Assembly (NCBI GenBank): GCA_012026655.1
Contig: JAAILG010000267.1
Span: 1-64,000, forward strand
Reading direction: 5' to 3'
Length of the DNA stretch: 64,000 bases
From: Hydrolagus affinis
Taxonomy: Eukaryota
Positions 63,608 through 64,000 of the stretch are shown piece by piece. The position numbers and the translations under genes were made by a program. How positions within the stretch are numbered: the stretch's first letter is position 1; each line of letters starts with the position of its first letter. Under the pieces are notes generated by a model. That model was not told the origin of the DNA. It was given only the letters and a program-made list of their open reading frames with translations, and did not search any database.

Positions 63608-64000
63608 GTAAGGCGCCACCACATTTCTTCACTCTTTAAACCTTTATTGATTTTGACCCTGGAGGAATTCCTTGTTTTCAAACAGTATAACATGTGATCA
63701 ATATATCGGTATGCAGAATGGCAGAGGTGAATTATTCATTAGAATATCAACAACATAAACAGGTTAAGTTCGTTAATTTCAAATTTAGACATAAAACAGA
63801 GACATTAAATGAATGTGTGCCTTTCAATTACATTAAGCTGTTCTCCTGTGTTAAAGAATTGACGGTGTTAAAGAATTGCCCGGTAAACTGCGTTTTACGG
63901 ACTTGAGTCCTGAAATTTCATCTCGTCTTTGTGAGACCATTTTGTCTTAAAATTCAAGTGAGGGCAGAATTAGTTATGTATAGATGCATGGAATTGTTCT

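Overview
AT-rich vertebrate genomic DNA. The repeat content (tRNA-head/L2-tail SINEs, DeuSINE, shark-type CR1, L2, Penelope) points to a cartilaginous fish, probably a chimaera such as Callorhinchus; this is inference. The whole window lies inside one large + strand gene for a transmembrane MACIT collagen (XIII/XXIII/XXV family, overall closest to COL13A1). I read 39 small exon-like segments between 10024 and 63607. 37 have AG/GT borders and join into a continuous Gly-X-Y frame with NC2 and NC3 interruptions, and one of these is an 8-nt microexon. Two are defective: 28456-28482 has an AA acceptor, and 57401-57454 has an in-frame TAA. The 5' exons (cytoplasmic/TM/furin) and the 3' NC4 exons are outside the window. 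The protein mixes collagen XIII-, XXIII- and XXV-like segments, so it may be an ancestral-like COL13A1 or a fourth MACIT paralogue. Introns hold many decayed mobile elements, including a pogo/Tigger MITE with a foldback of two inverted Jerky-like transposase starts. The supplied ORF track is essentially spurious or repeat-derived. Paralogue and repeat comparisons are from memory, not database searches, and repeat boundaries are approximate.
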